The notes below the pieces were generated by a model that was not told the origin of the DNA, ran no database searches, and was given only the letters and a program-made list of their open reading frames with translations. 64,000 nucleotides of DNA from Trichoplax adhaerens (lineage: Eukaryota; Animalia; Placozoa), in contig NW_002060943.1 of the NCBI RefSeq assembly GCF_000150275.1, positions 1,890,987-1,954,986 on the forward strand. Reading direction: 5' to 3'. The position numbers and the translations under genes were made by a program. This document shows, piece after piece, positions 50,245-61,406 of the stretch. Within the stretch, counting starts at the first letter, position 1. Each line of letters starts with the position of its first letter.

Positions 50245-53200
50245 ATGGATTTAGACGATCAATGGTTGGTTAGCCAATATGAATGTTTTGAAAAGGAAAT
50301 TGCCGATTTATGGCAGCTATCACAGGACGAATTAAAAGATCATATTCTTAAAATTGCTCAAAGTTATCTTCGTCCAGAAATATCCAACGCTTTGTACGCG
50401 AAAGCAATTAAAAATTGCCAACAACGCATTGAAATTGCTGCTAGTACCAACCAACCTAATCCTCATGCTCATTTCCAACTGGGTTATTATTATCAATTGG
50501 GTTGTGGTAATTTGAAAATCGATTTAAACAAAGCAAAGTATCACTATGAACAAGCAATACTCCATGATCATTACGCTGCTATGTACCAGATTTGCTCTTT
50601 GTATGGTGAATTGGAACATGAAGAAAATGGCCATCATGATACAAACCCAACTACGCAACAACAGTATGTCGAAATGATCGATCGTAACAAATTAATATCC
50701 ATGAAACTTAAAATGTATATCAGAGCTGCCGCCTACGGCTTACATGAGAAAGCAATACGAGATTTACGCCATTATTATCTACAATATCGCGAATGGATAA
50801 GAGCTATTGATCAATTAAAAGCAGAATATGAAGAACAAATTGAAACTGCAATAGATAAAAATATCAATATCGCTGAAGTATATAATAATCTCGGTTTTCT
50901 GGAATGCTTTCTCGAATGGTGTCAAGTAGTAGAAGGCGATGAAGGCGATGAACCTCTTGTTGATTTTCCACAGCAAGCTTACGATTATTTTTTAAAAGCA
51001 GGCGAACTTGGACTAGCCAGTGGCTATATGAATTTTGCATTTTATCGAGGTTACGATGCTAACTGTGTCGATCAAGAAACCAATGGCATTAAAAATAATT
51101 TTATGATTATGGCTAAGTATTACCTTAAAGCTGCACAAAATGGTTGTGCTATTTCTTGGCAAAAATTATACGATGTTTTGAAAACTGAATTTAAATCTTG
51201 TGTTCCTAAACGAAATCTATTGAAGTATGTTCTAAATGCTCTCAAACACTATCGATTTAGTGATATGTTATTGGCTATGGCTAACAATTTCATGACACAA
51301 AATAGCATAGAAATGGCATCTTTCTCACACGCTATTCAATACCTAGAAGAAGCAGTTGTCTCTTGTCATAGCTACTCTACTGATGATCTTAGGAATGAAT
51401 TTTTATACCTTGGTTTCATGTACGAACAAGGTCTAGGCGTTGAACGAGATACTATCAAAGCTGCTCATTTTTATGCTTGGTCAATTACGACACAATGTGA
51501 ATGTACATTAGCTGTATGCCGATTAGCCAAATTGATCGAGAAAAATCATCTTCCTCCTCCCCATGATATTACACATGCAATTAAATTGTACGAATCGACC
51601 ATGCTTCTTATTAAACAAGATGTTACTTCCTATGCTCAATATCGACTTGGTAACTTATTTCATAGTGGTCGATATGAAAATCTCGGTATACTACCTGATA
51701 TGGCTGAATATCACTACGATGGAACCTCAAATGCTATGATTTCCCTGATATTATCTGGTAAAGCTACTGCAGCTCATATTTATCATTTAGCTAAGATGCA
51801 CGCTGTCGGTTGTATGGTTGATCCTGCTATTGAAAAAGCAATCGATTTATACAGTAATGCTCTAGCATATTATAAAAATGCTGATTACCACGATCGCTTC
51901 CATGCCATCAAGGCTAAACTACAGCTGCAAAAAATTAAAAATAGACACCAACTTAATTATAAGGAGCGAAATAATCAACTTCATATCAAAGAAATCAATA
52001 GTAATGGCCAATTTTCATCGTCGGAACTATTTATGAATCCATTAGACCAGGCTTATTATGATAAAGAAGCAGATCAATTGCAAAACAAATTTGTAAATGC
52101 ACCTTCATCATCCAAATTATCCATCAATTCTATTGATAAATCGTACTATTCAGAACAAATCAACTTGTTACACAGTGAATTAGATAGTCTTCAACTACCC
52201 TCACCGTCGAAATTATTGATGAATTGTATAAATATTGCCGAACAGTATCTATCACAAAATGTAGAATTAAGCTACCGTCAACCAATCTACAATAAAATTA
52301 TGGCCGAATTAAATGACCAACCTACAGCGAGCACTTTCTATCACATTGGTAATTTATACTTTCGTGGTCAAGGATTTCAACAATTTGATCTACCATTAGC
52401 TATGGAATATTTAAAGAAAGCCGCTGATATGAATCATCCATTAGCAAAATTAGACATGCTATACCTATATGGATGCCAAGAGAAAGGTGATGATCCATCT
52501 TTATCCTATAAAATTACAGATACTGCCGAAGAATTGGCTAAAATAGAGTTAACCGTCATCCTCGATACAGCTTATCAAGGTGATCGAAGGGCACTAACCT
52601 ATCTTCAAAAGCGATTAGAATTATTCCACGCCTGGAACATCGCTGTTGATAATCTGATTAAGCATCATAAGAATGAATTAGCCTCGCAAGTGAAAAATTT
52701 AAAATCAACCGATCTTGCAAGACTATGCCTGGAATTAGGATTTTTAATTATGGCTAAAAATTTAGAAAAAGATCAACTCAATGAAAAGATAATTACTGAA
52801 ATAGAGACCTATTTTCAAAAGGCTGAAAATTTGGATAATAGCAGAGTTGACTTCTTTATGGGTTTGTTATGTGAATTTACTGCTTATTCTCATCCAAATG
52901 CACAAAATGATGAACATTGTGCAATTAAGTATTATGAGCGAGCTTTAAAAGCTGGCAATAATCATTTATCTCCCACTATTGCTACTTATTACTTGCATGG
53001 CCAATGCAATAACGACCATCTGCTTAACCAAAGCGCTCTTGATCTGCTACAACAGTCACATCATAATGGCTTTGCAGATGCTACCAGCCAATTATCTATG
53101 ATTTACCTTGATGGAAGATGCGATACACAACAAGATTTCCAACGTTTTACTCAATTAGCAGAAATAGCTCTTGCGACAACATATTGCAGTGATATCGATA

Positions 53201-53778
53201 ATACATTTCTATATTATCATTTAGCATTTTACTATTATCATTATTCGCATGTAAATAATCGATATGAGCGTGCTGCTCATTTTTGTGCGCTGGATATGAG
53301 TCAGCAACTGGACGATGGAAGAACTCGATGTTTGATGGCGAAGATGCTTGAAAAGCGACGTCTATCATCGAGTAGTTTAACGGATGCGATCAAAATGTAT
53401 TTATCTGCATTGTATCTGGACGATAACCTTACTGGCTATATACACTATCGACTGGGTAAGCTGCGATCGAATCTATCTGAAATTGATGTCTATGATCTAA
53501 AGTTGGCTCAGCAACACTTTCATCAAGCTCAACATTACATGAGAACGACCAAGACAAGCAATATTGTGACCAAATGCCGGGATATGTACCATCTCGGTTT
53601 GATGTTTGAACATGGCTTTGGTGTTGCTCAATGTATTGAAAAGGCTAAAGAATGGTATAAAAGATGCTATCAGTTGAAGAACAATTGCCATACCATTTTT
53701 GGCTGTCATCAGATTAAGTATTATATCACAAAATCAAAGAAAAGATTGAATATTTTAGAGGCTGATATAGAAGACTGA
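50245..53778 (+). CDS. Sel1-like repeat protein SLR-4 (two modules, 1177 aa, single-exon)
   Basis: 3.5-kb ORF. FQLGYYYQLGCGNLKIDLNKAKYHY, LYLGFMYEQGLGVERDTIKAAHFYA, YHIGNLYFRGQGFQQFDLPLAMEYL, YHLGLMFEHGFGVAQCIEKAKEWY. Confidence 0.92.
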   Translation: MDLDDQWLVSQYECFEKEIADLWQLSQDELKDHILKIAQSYLRPEISNALYAKAIKNCQQRIEIAASTNQPNPHAHFQLGYYYQLGCGNLKIDLNKAKYHYEQAILHDHYAAMYQICSLYGELEHEENGHHDTNPTTQQQYVEMIDRNKLISMKLKMYIRAAAYGLHEKAIRDLRHYYLQYREWIRAIDQLKAEYEEQIETAIDKNINIAEVYNNLGFLECFLEWCQVVEGDEGDEPLVDFPQQAYDYFLKAGELGLASGYMNFAFYRGYDANCVDQETNGIKNNFMIMAKYYLKAAQNGCAISWQKLYDVLKTEFKSCVPKRNLLKYVLNALKHYRFSDMLLAMANNFMTQNSIEMASFSHAIQYLEEAVVSCHSYSTDDLRNEFLYLGFMYEQGLGVERDTIKAAHFYAWSITTQCECTLAVCRLAKLIEKNHLPPPHDITHAIKLYESTMLLIKQDVTSYAQYRLGNLFHSGRYENLGILPDMAEYHYDGTSNAMISLILSGKATAAHIYHLAKMHAVGCMVDPAIEKAIDLYSNALAYYKNADYHDRFHAIKAKLQLQKIKNRHQLNYKERNNQLHIKEINSNGQFSSSELFMNPLDQAYYDKEADQLQNKFVNAPSSSKLSINSIDKSYYSEQINLLHSELDSLQLPSPSKLLMNCINIAEQYLSQNVELSYRQPIYNKIMAELNDQPTASTFYHIGNLYFRGQGFQQFDLPLAMEYLKKAADMNHPLAKLDMLYLYGCQEKGDDPSLSYKITDTAEELAKIELTVILDTAYQGDRRALTYLQKRLELFHAWNIAVDNLIKHHKNELASQVKNLKSTDLARLCLELGFLIMAKNLEKDQLNEKIITEIETYFQKAENLDNSRVDFFMGLLCEFTAYSHPNAQNDEHCAIKYYERALKAGNNHLSPTIATYYLHGQCNNDHLLNQSALDLLQQSHHNGFADATSQLSMIYLDGRCDTQQDFQRFTQLAEIALATTYCSDIDNTFLYYHLAFYYYHYSHVNNRYERAAHFCALDMSQQLDDGRTRCLMAKMLEKRRLSSSSLTDAIKMYLSALYLDDNLTGYIHYRLGKLRSNLSEIDVYDLKLAQQHFHQAQHYMRTTKTSNIVTKCRDMYHLGLMFEHGFGVAQCIEKAKEWYKRCYQLKNNCHTIFGCHQIKYYITKSKKRLNILEADIED

Positions 53779-55018
53779 CAATGTAGCCGGTAGTTTAGCA
53801 TTAAGCTAGATGCTTGCATCTGGCTCATACTATCCAATAGTACAGTAGATTATTATAGTAATACTAAAGAGATAAGTTTTAAACAGAAGACTTATTCTAT
53901 TTTTGATTACACAAAGAGTTATTAGGATTTTTGCGATTTATTAAATTTGTTATTTCTCTACCGTGTTTTCTAAGCCAGCTTAGCATTGATTTAGATTAGA
54001 TTATTCAATTTTTTTGGGGGATATATTAAACTCCAAGTACCCGTATATGTGTATTGTCGGCTGTAGTAGTAAGATCAAATGAACAATTATTATCACCATT
54101 CACCACTAGTATTCGTAATTGGTATTATTTGGTGCTGTCCAGAATACGATTTTAAATTTAAATACTGTAGGACAAATGTGCAACTTGAAGGAAATTGCTC
54201 ATTTGGAAGACTTTAGTGAAATCGAGGATTGTTCTATGTCGTCACCAAGACAGTGCTGACTGTCTCTAATGTTAGTATGAATGTTTACATACTGCTTTAT
54301 TCACTACAATAAATTGGTTATTACTTTTTAGCGGTGATGGGGATTCACTTTGAAGTCTGCTACGCTTGAGGATTACAGTTTCCGAAATTCTTCCTAACTA
54401 CCTCCATTACGGAGCAGAGACACGACATTAATTTTGACTAGTTTCTGCTGAAACTGGAGTAAATTCCTATGTAGGTGATTACTAGTTGACTAATAACAAA
54501 AACTGCTCATGCTGTTGTACATAATACAGTATACAGTATACCAGTGTCGCATCACTGGTATATTCGTATACTGTACACTGTACAGGATGGGCAGGAAAGA
54601 TTGGAATGGGCTTAGAGAGATTGAAATTTTAAAATGCCACATGAAATTTAGTTCATTTTATCGACCAAGAGTTGCCCCTTCTAAATCTACTGTTACAATC
54701 CTCGAATAAGCTCTATTTTATGCTATATACTATACTTCCATTCCATGTACACTTGTACACTGTACAGTAGACCCGAATATTTCCCTGTGATACATCCAAA
54801 TATGCCGCTGAAACGCCTCTGCACCTTCATTATACTTATCCAAGCAAATATGCTAACGAAAATCTTGATTGATTTTGCTCAGAATTGGCAGATATGTTTA
54901 GACAAATGCGTTAAAGATGTCGTCGAAAATTGACTGGGTCTAATCTGCGGTATACAGTAGCATGGAATGATCAACGCCGGTCTTGAGCTTCTTCTTCATC
55001 TACTACGGTTACTGTAGT

Positions 55019-55430
55019 CGTTCGTCCGTCCAGTCCATGTCCAAGCCATGACTGGACTGGATTGGACTGGAACGGAACGGTAAGGTACGCTAGCGTGTGA
55101 TTGGCTAATTCGAAATAGCGAATAAACACGTTACACTAGGTCATGAAGGAGTTACAGGCAGTATGTTGTATGTATTGCGAAGTAGCGTACGGCACAGTCA
55201 ATAGAAGGAAAAGACCAGGTGAATTTTTGGTCATAAACTATATGAGTGCGCCAACATGTATACGCGCTCATACTGTAACATATTGCAAGCAGATCATAGC
55301 CGAAGTGTCGAGCAGATTCCATGTGCTACGCTACCGTCACTCTGATTTACCGTACTAAGTACAGTACTACAGTACAATTGTCGGTTACAATAGACTGTAG
55401 CCTATTGTCATCAACATATTCAAATTCAAA
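55019..55430 (+). promoter_or_regulatory. Candidate cell-cycle-type promoter of the FoxM-like gene
   Basis: ATTGG (inverted CCAAT) at 55061 and 55100, TTCGAA at 55109, forkhead-type ATAAACA at 55122, tandem TTCAAA (CHR TTTGAA on the minus strand) at 55419-55430. An imperfect (GTCCA)n/(TGGAC)n inverted repeat spans 55019-55080. Confidence 0.35.
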
Positions 55431-55660
55431 TTTTAGCAGGTAAAAAGCGGTAGGCAAAAGCTCGCTTAGCTGGCTGCGATCCTCTTCCCAATTCAAGTAG
55501 AAAGCGCCATCAACAAGAAGTAAAATCTTCTCTTATGTGATCTTAGCCATCAAAAACAAATTGAAAACTTGAGGTATCATTCCACGATCATTATCAAGAG
55601 GATCTAATTACCAATTCGATGCTAGTATCGAAGGGTCGATTCCAATTCAAGTAAAGAAAG

Positions 55661-58294
55661 ATGCAACAAGATCAGAGCAATTACGATGATGACGCTCTTA
55701 GCGATATCAATTGGCTAACAAATTTACAACCTACCCATCTGCATAAGAATCGCAGTGATCGTTATGGCCTTGGCCAGTGTAGTAAAATGGATAACACTAT
55801 CAACCAACCTCATCATTATTATACGCATCGATCACAACCGTCGACTTCGCGTTGCGGTATTAGTGAACCACCGCCCGAAGAAGTTATTGTTATGAATAGG
55901 AAATATGTCAAACCGCCTTATTCTTATGCTAAATTGATCACCATGGCCATCGACAGTACAACCGATAAGAAAATGCTCTTGAAGGATATATACGAATGGG
56001 TCGAAACGAAATATCCATTTTATAAGTACACTTCAAATAAAGGATGGAAGGTTAGTTTAGAGTGGATATCAATGGAAATGATGCATAGTCAAATCAGTCA
56101 GGTGCAGTGAGATGGATGACCAATACAGTAGATTCTATCTCTGCTTTCCAAAGACTGCGCCTAGAGCATTTTAAATTCATTTCTACAGCATAACCATGGA
56201 CAACATCATACACCGTACTTGTAATCGACAGTCATATAATGGCAAATTTTCATGTAACACACTATCTGAACTAGATCCCACTATTTCGACACACCTTCAT
56301 AAGACCACTAGTAAGAGTGGCTTATGAGGCCTTAACATAACCATAAAGCCTTAACAGTCAATACGGTACCAATCATGCTGTACATTTCCAACCTTGTATT
56401 ATTTATCATGTGTAATTTTATTCCATCATTTTCTAGTATACAAACACATCTATTGAAGCAGTATAAGTAAAGATGCACTTGTACAACATGAAAAATTCAT
56501 TATTTCAGTAATGTTACAGACTGTAGCCATCTATTTCTTAGTAAGAAATCTTGCTAAGCCATAACACCATCCAATTCATCGACTTCGCTGAATACAGTAG
56601 AATAGGATGGTAGATGAAGTCACAATTTTACTTGTTGAAATTTTTAACGATAGTCATGAGTAATTACTAGACACAAATACAATTAGGTCATGTACAATCT
56701 TTAACTTAATGCTATAATATTTGATTGTGCTATAGTGTATTCTCTAAAACCCATTCAATATTAATATGGTAAATTCAATTCCATCCGGTCAATAAAAGTA
56801 ATATCTTGTATCGTTAGGAATGATGTTTTTCAATAGTTATCTTAATATGTGCTCTATGCCTTTAGCTAAATATACAGTATAACGTTCTTACCAATCTTCT
56901 TATTATTGTTCATATTTCAATAATAGAACTCCATACGTCATAATTTATCCTTGAAGCCTTACTTTATTAAGTTGGATCGTAGTGGCCGCGTTTGCAATTC
57001 GTCAGAAAGTAAAGGTTGCTATTGGATGCTCGCACCATCGATGCAAAAAGAAAACATCCCTCCTGGTCAGCACATTATAACTACTGCTAATAAATTAACA
57101 AACATTTACACACAACCAAAAAATAACCTGATTCCTACTGGCTTGCCGAATAAATCTGGTAAAAATATACCGACGGCATTAATTGCTACCCCTTTATATG
57201 CTGTATCAGACGGTAGCAATGATGATCATAATAATAAGCGTGTTATCCCTATCTTACCCAAGGGTCTTCCAACATTTTACGTCTTAGCTTCTGTACCAAC
57301 GTCCACTTCTGTTAACAGCGAAGCCACATCATCTGAACCAATTACAACTATAGCTAGTACATCGCAAGTAAAAGACCTCCACTATGTAGTAGATAATCCC
57401 TCATTATTAGCTAACTCTCAATGTACTGCATCAGCGCCTCAAGCTAATTTATCAAGCAACAACTACTACATTAACGATAATTTCCCCAATTCTAGCGTTA
57501 CAGCTAGTTTAGGAACTTGCACACAAAATAACTCAGACGATATCAAGGCTTGGAATGATGATTTAAATGTGCCTTTCAGTAGAAAAAGACCAGGCCAAGA
57601 GATTTCGTCTGTAAATAAGAAACAATGTGATAGCGGTATCATGGAAGATTCTACAACTACATTAGATGTCGAGAAATATGAAACTCCCAAGAAGAAAGAC
57701 AGAGCTTCTACCACTATCGATGAATCGACCTATAAAACTCCTATTAGAGCATTACAAGATGTATTTCCAGAAAACATTGTTTCATCACCGTTGGATACTT
57801 TGTCAACACCCAACGTTAATGCGCTATTAAAAACTGTTAGTAGTAGTTGTAGGAAAAGTTTAGATAAGTTTGAATCATCATCATTTTGGAGTGAAATGGA
57901 AGCTGTAGCAGGTATGGCCACGTTATTCACTACTCCTGTACGTTCTAGTAGCAAGAGAAATAACGATCACGAAACTACGCCTTTAGTAAGGCAGCAACCT
58001 ACTTTAGCTGCTTTAAATGACAAATCCAAAATAACTCCAACCAAAAATCAAGATAATCGGATTAACTTTGATGATTTAAGTTTAACCCCTTATCTGAAGA
58101 CGATATTAAATACTAGTACATCTGATAGTGGAATTTTTAGCTTTTCCTCGCCAACACGTTCTCCTAAGAGTATTCATGAATCTACGTCCTTGTTATCGCC
58201 TGCCGAATTTGTCAAGACCCACGATTTGAAAGAGCTAACTCCTAGAAAGCCAATTCGTAATCGAGGTCGTCGATCATACAATATATCACAATAA
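55661..58294 (+). CDS. foxM: Forkhead transcription factor, FoxM-like (2 exons, 585 aa)
   Basis: Exons 55661-56050 and 56927-58294; a phase-0 GT..AG intron splits [12 protein letters not shown]. Forkhead domain [56 protein letters not shown]...KGCYW. FoxM-like features are LSDINWL, KRVIPILPK and many C-terminal S/T-P sites. Forkhead identity is near certain; the subfamily call is less so. Confidence 0.85.
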
Positions 58295-59741
58295 CTAACA
58301 AGTTGATGCGGCTTTCACTATTATTGCTATTAACTAGAAACTATTGTTAACGTTCCTGTTTAATATAGACTGTCATTGTTTCGCTACTTCAATCAACTTT
58401 GTAATATAATAAATTCTATCATAACGTAGAACTTGAAATTTCTAGTGAGCGTTTTGTATTATACAAGTTATCACAATATACGTATTACTTATTAGGGATG
58501 TTCAATTGTGCATAATACCTTGCCTTTGGACACCATATTGTATAACTTTTTGTACTGTATCAAGTCTAAAATGTCAACTGTATACAATCTCGATAATCTA
58601 ATATAATGCTGTTAATATGAAACTGTACCAAGATAATTAAGTTTAGCTAAATAATGCCTATTTTTGGAATTTACTCTACCTAGCGTACTATACTATATTG
58701 AATTTCATTGAAAGATACTACCCCTAATTTAGCTTTGCGCTATATATGGGTATACGAAACTACTGTGTATGGTGTAATGTCCAATCATTTCTATAAGCTT
58801 GAATTTCTACTTTATTTTCTATATCTTAATCTTTTTCGTGTAAATAAATTACGACGTTGTAAATTACTTGTTTTACGAACTATCACGTATGTCAAATGCT
58901 TGATAACCCAATGAATCATTGGATATCAGTAACGATGTGTGCATCAATGTGATACCATAGTACTTTTCAATGCATTTTCTGGAATAACTTTATTTTTCAT
59001 GAACAAGATATTAGTTTATCGGGTAAAAAGATGAAAAATATTTTTACATTTTAGTTGAAAATGTACCCGTGAGCTTTTATCAAGCTTGAAGCTCAATACA
59101 AGCGATACCTTCAATTTAATTTCAACCAACAGGCGCATAGTTTAGTAGACAGTTGTAGAGCTGATGAATGAAACTCTGTTTTGATAATTGAATAAAGCAT
59201 ACATGCAGTCGTTAGTGCTGATAAGGCAAGACAGAAGTAATCAATTATCCATTAATCTTCAACAACTTGGTAAGTTAATAATAATCAGAATCATTGTTAT
59301 TAGTAACAAATTACATAAAAGCGATTATAAGTGATCATGGTATATTGCCATTTGCCAATATAGATTATTTTGCTCGATACGTCATACACCATAGTATCCA
59401 ATATTCAATGTTTCGACATTTTACGTCGTTTACAAAGAATGGTTTGATCGTAAATAAATTTCTCCAAGCCCTAGACTCCTTTGAAGTACAGAATCATAAA
59501 TATGTATCATACAGTAAATAGATTTTCAACGCCAATACTATCTGCATTACAATCATAATGTTCATGAATCAGGTTATACAGTACTACCGATTTTAACATT
59601 TATCACACGCGTTGCACTTGTATAAATCACATAAACAACCACTAATTTGTACCACTTCCATCACTTTGTCATTATGCCGCCACATGCGCAATACGATAAT
59701 TATTGTAGCTCTTGCATCAAAAAACCATCCTCAGGTTCATA

Positions 59742-61406
59742 CTACTCTAATAATGTTAGTAGTGACTTTCGTTGTTTAAGTGCTTTTTGTGCGTAATGTT
59801 TATCATAAACAGAACTAGTTATTTCAGCAGTTCCAATCGCTTTTTGATAATTAATCACGGCTGCATCCAAATCTTTTCTGACCCCTAAACCAAATTGATA
59901 TATTCTACCTACATGGTAGTAATCGTCTGAGTCTCGATCAATTTTTTCCTTCCTCTTGGATCGAAATCGATCCAAAGCATACTCATAGTGGATTTTTGAC
60001 AACCGAGAATCGTAATAATTGCAATAACGATCATTTGAATAGATTTTACCCAGGCGGTAATGCGCATAGCCGTTAATATTATTATTATTATCTAATTCAA
60101 TAATTTTCATGTATAACTTGATGGCTGAGGAAATGTTTAAATTTTGTAATTTCTTTTTTTCAATTAACTTTGCTAAAAATAAGTAGCATTGTAAACAATT
60201 GGCCATTAGGATACCAGAGGCGTAGAAATGCGTAGCTTGCTCAATATCTATGGATAGGCCTAAACCTTTATGATATATATAACCTAATTGAAAATATTGA
60301 CGACCTTCGTGTAGATTGTCGAATAGATTAGTAGCAGCAATAGCCCATTCAAAATAATCTTTGGCTAAATTTAAATCTTGAGCAACACCTAATCCATTCA
60401 GATAAGCTAATCCAACATGATATAATATATCAGAATAGCCGTAGCGAGCCGATTTCAATAACAGTTTTAGTGCTTCAGAATAATCACGATTGGTAGTGGG
60501 TGTTTCAGTTTGGTACAGGATTGCTAACTCAAATTGGGCTAAACAATGGCCTTGATCAGCTGCCATGATATAATATTGGATATTTTCACTGTCATGCGTT
60601 GTAGGAGCTGGACGAGGAGAGGATAAACCAGCAAATTTATGAACAGCTAAGTTGTAGCTGGCCGCCGGTTTACCTAGTTGCTTTGATTTTTCAAAATAGT
60701 CATAGCCACGTTGTAATTGGCGATCGCTCTTTTCTTTTTCATGATTGCATTCAGCGGTAATAACATCTAAGATACCAAGTTCATTATAGATATGACTCAA
60801 TTGATTGGTATTCTCAGTTGTATCAACTGATTTTTCTAATGATTGGTAATAATCATCAATGACTGAACGCCAATTTTGTGAATCAGCGTAAGAGTCTTTC
60901 AATTTTCGATAAGATTGTGTGTATTTGCCTTCAGCAGCAGATTTGGTCAGCATTTTCACTTGCTCTTCGATACTTTCTATTAAAGTTAATTGATCAATGT
61001 CTACATCATTATAATTGCCATAGCGATCTTGAACTAATTGAGCTAACTGATAATAAGCACCAGGATGATGATCTTCAATTGCTAAACGATAATTTTCCAT
61101 TGCTTTATGTTCATCCTTTTGAACTGGACCTATACCATAATGATAATAATATCCTAATTGATAATATTTATGCGAGTTATCTTCGACATCATTGCGAATA
61201 CTGCGCGTTAACTGTTCTAGCGAATTCCTATGCAATCTCTCATCAACCCCATCTAATAAATAATTTCGAGCAATTTTGATGGCGTCTTCATCTAAATCGT
61301 CTAATGTATCCTTGAATTTGATTGTATTACTTGACGATGTTCTGGATGATGGCCCACTTCTTCTAGCTTGAATCACGATACGAAATCGTGTAACAGGAAA
61401 ATCCAT
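59742..61406 (-). CDS. Sel1-like repeat protein SLR-5 (single module, 554 aa from first ATG)
   Basis: YQLGYYYHYGIGPVQKDEHKAMENY, AQFELAILY, YHVGLAYLNGLGVAQDLNLAKDYF, FQLGYIYHKGLGLSIDIEQATHFYA, YHVGRIYQFGLGVRKDLDAAVINY. The frame stays open to 61508, next to a possible acceptor, so an upstream exon cannot be excluded. Confidence 0.9.
   Translation of the reverse strand: MDFPVTRFRIVIQARRSGPSSRTSSSNTIKFKDTLDDLDEDAIKIARNYLLDGVDERLHRNSLEQLTRSIRNDVEDNSHKYYQLGYYYHYGIGPVQKDEHKAMENYRLAIEDHHPGAYYQLAQLVQDRYGNYNDVDIDQLTLIESIEEQVKMLTKSAAEGKYTQSYRKLKDSYADSQNWRSVIDDYYQSLEKSVDTTENTNQLSHIYNELGILDVITAECNHEKEKSDRQLQRGYDYFEKSKQLGKPAASYNLAVHKFAGLSSPRPAPTTHDSENIQYYIMAADQGHCLAQFELAILYQTETPTTNRDYSEALKLLLKSARYGYSDILYHVGLAYLNGLGVAQDLNLAKDYFEWAIAATNLFDNLHEGRQYFQLGYIYHKGLGLSIDIEQATHFYASGILMANCLQCYLFLAKLIEKKKLQNLNISSAIKLYMKIIELDNNNNINGYAHYRLGKIYSNDRYCNYYDSRLSKIHYEYALDRFRSKRKEKIDRDSDDYYHVGRIYQFGLGVRKDLDAAVINYQKAIGTAEITSSVYDKHYAQKALKQRKSLLTLLE

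Noticed and set aside
30567-61279. Short antisense or alternate-frame ORFs within the SLR and Fox genes
   Set aside because: Shadow ORFs of real CDSs with no independent motifs.
29685-61406. SLR cluster as bacterial contamination or a symbiont contig
   Set aside because: Multi-kb intergenic spacers, no operon structure, an intron-containing Fox gene inside the cluster, and composition similar to the flanks. Ancient horizontal origin remains open.
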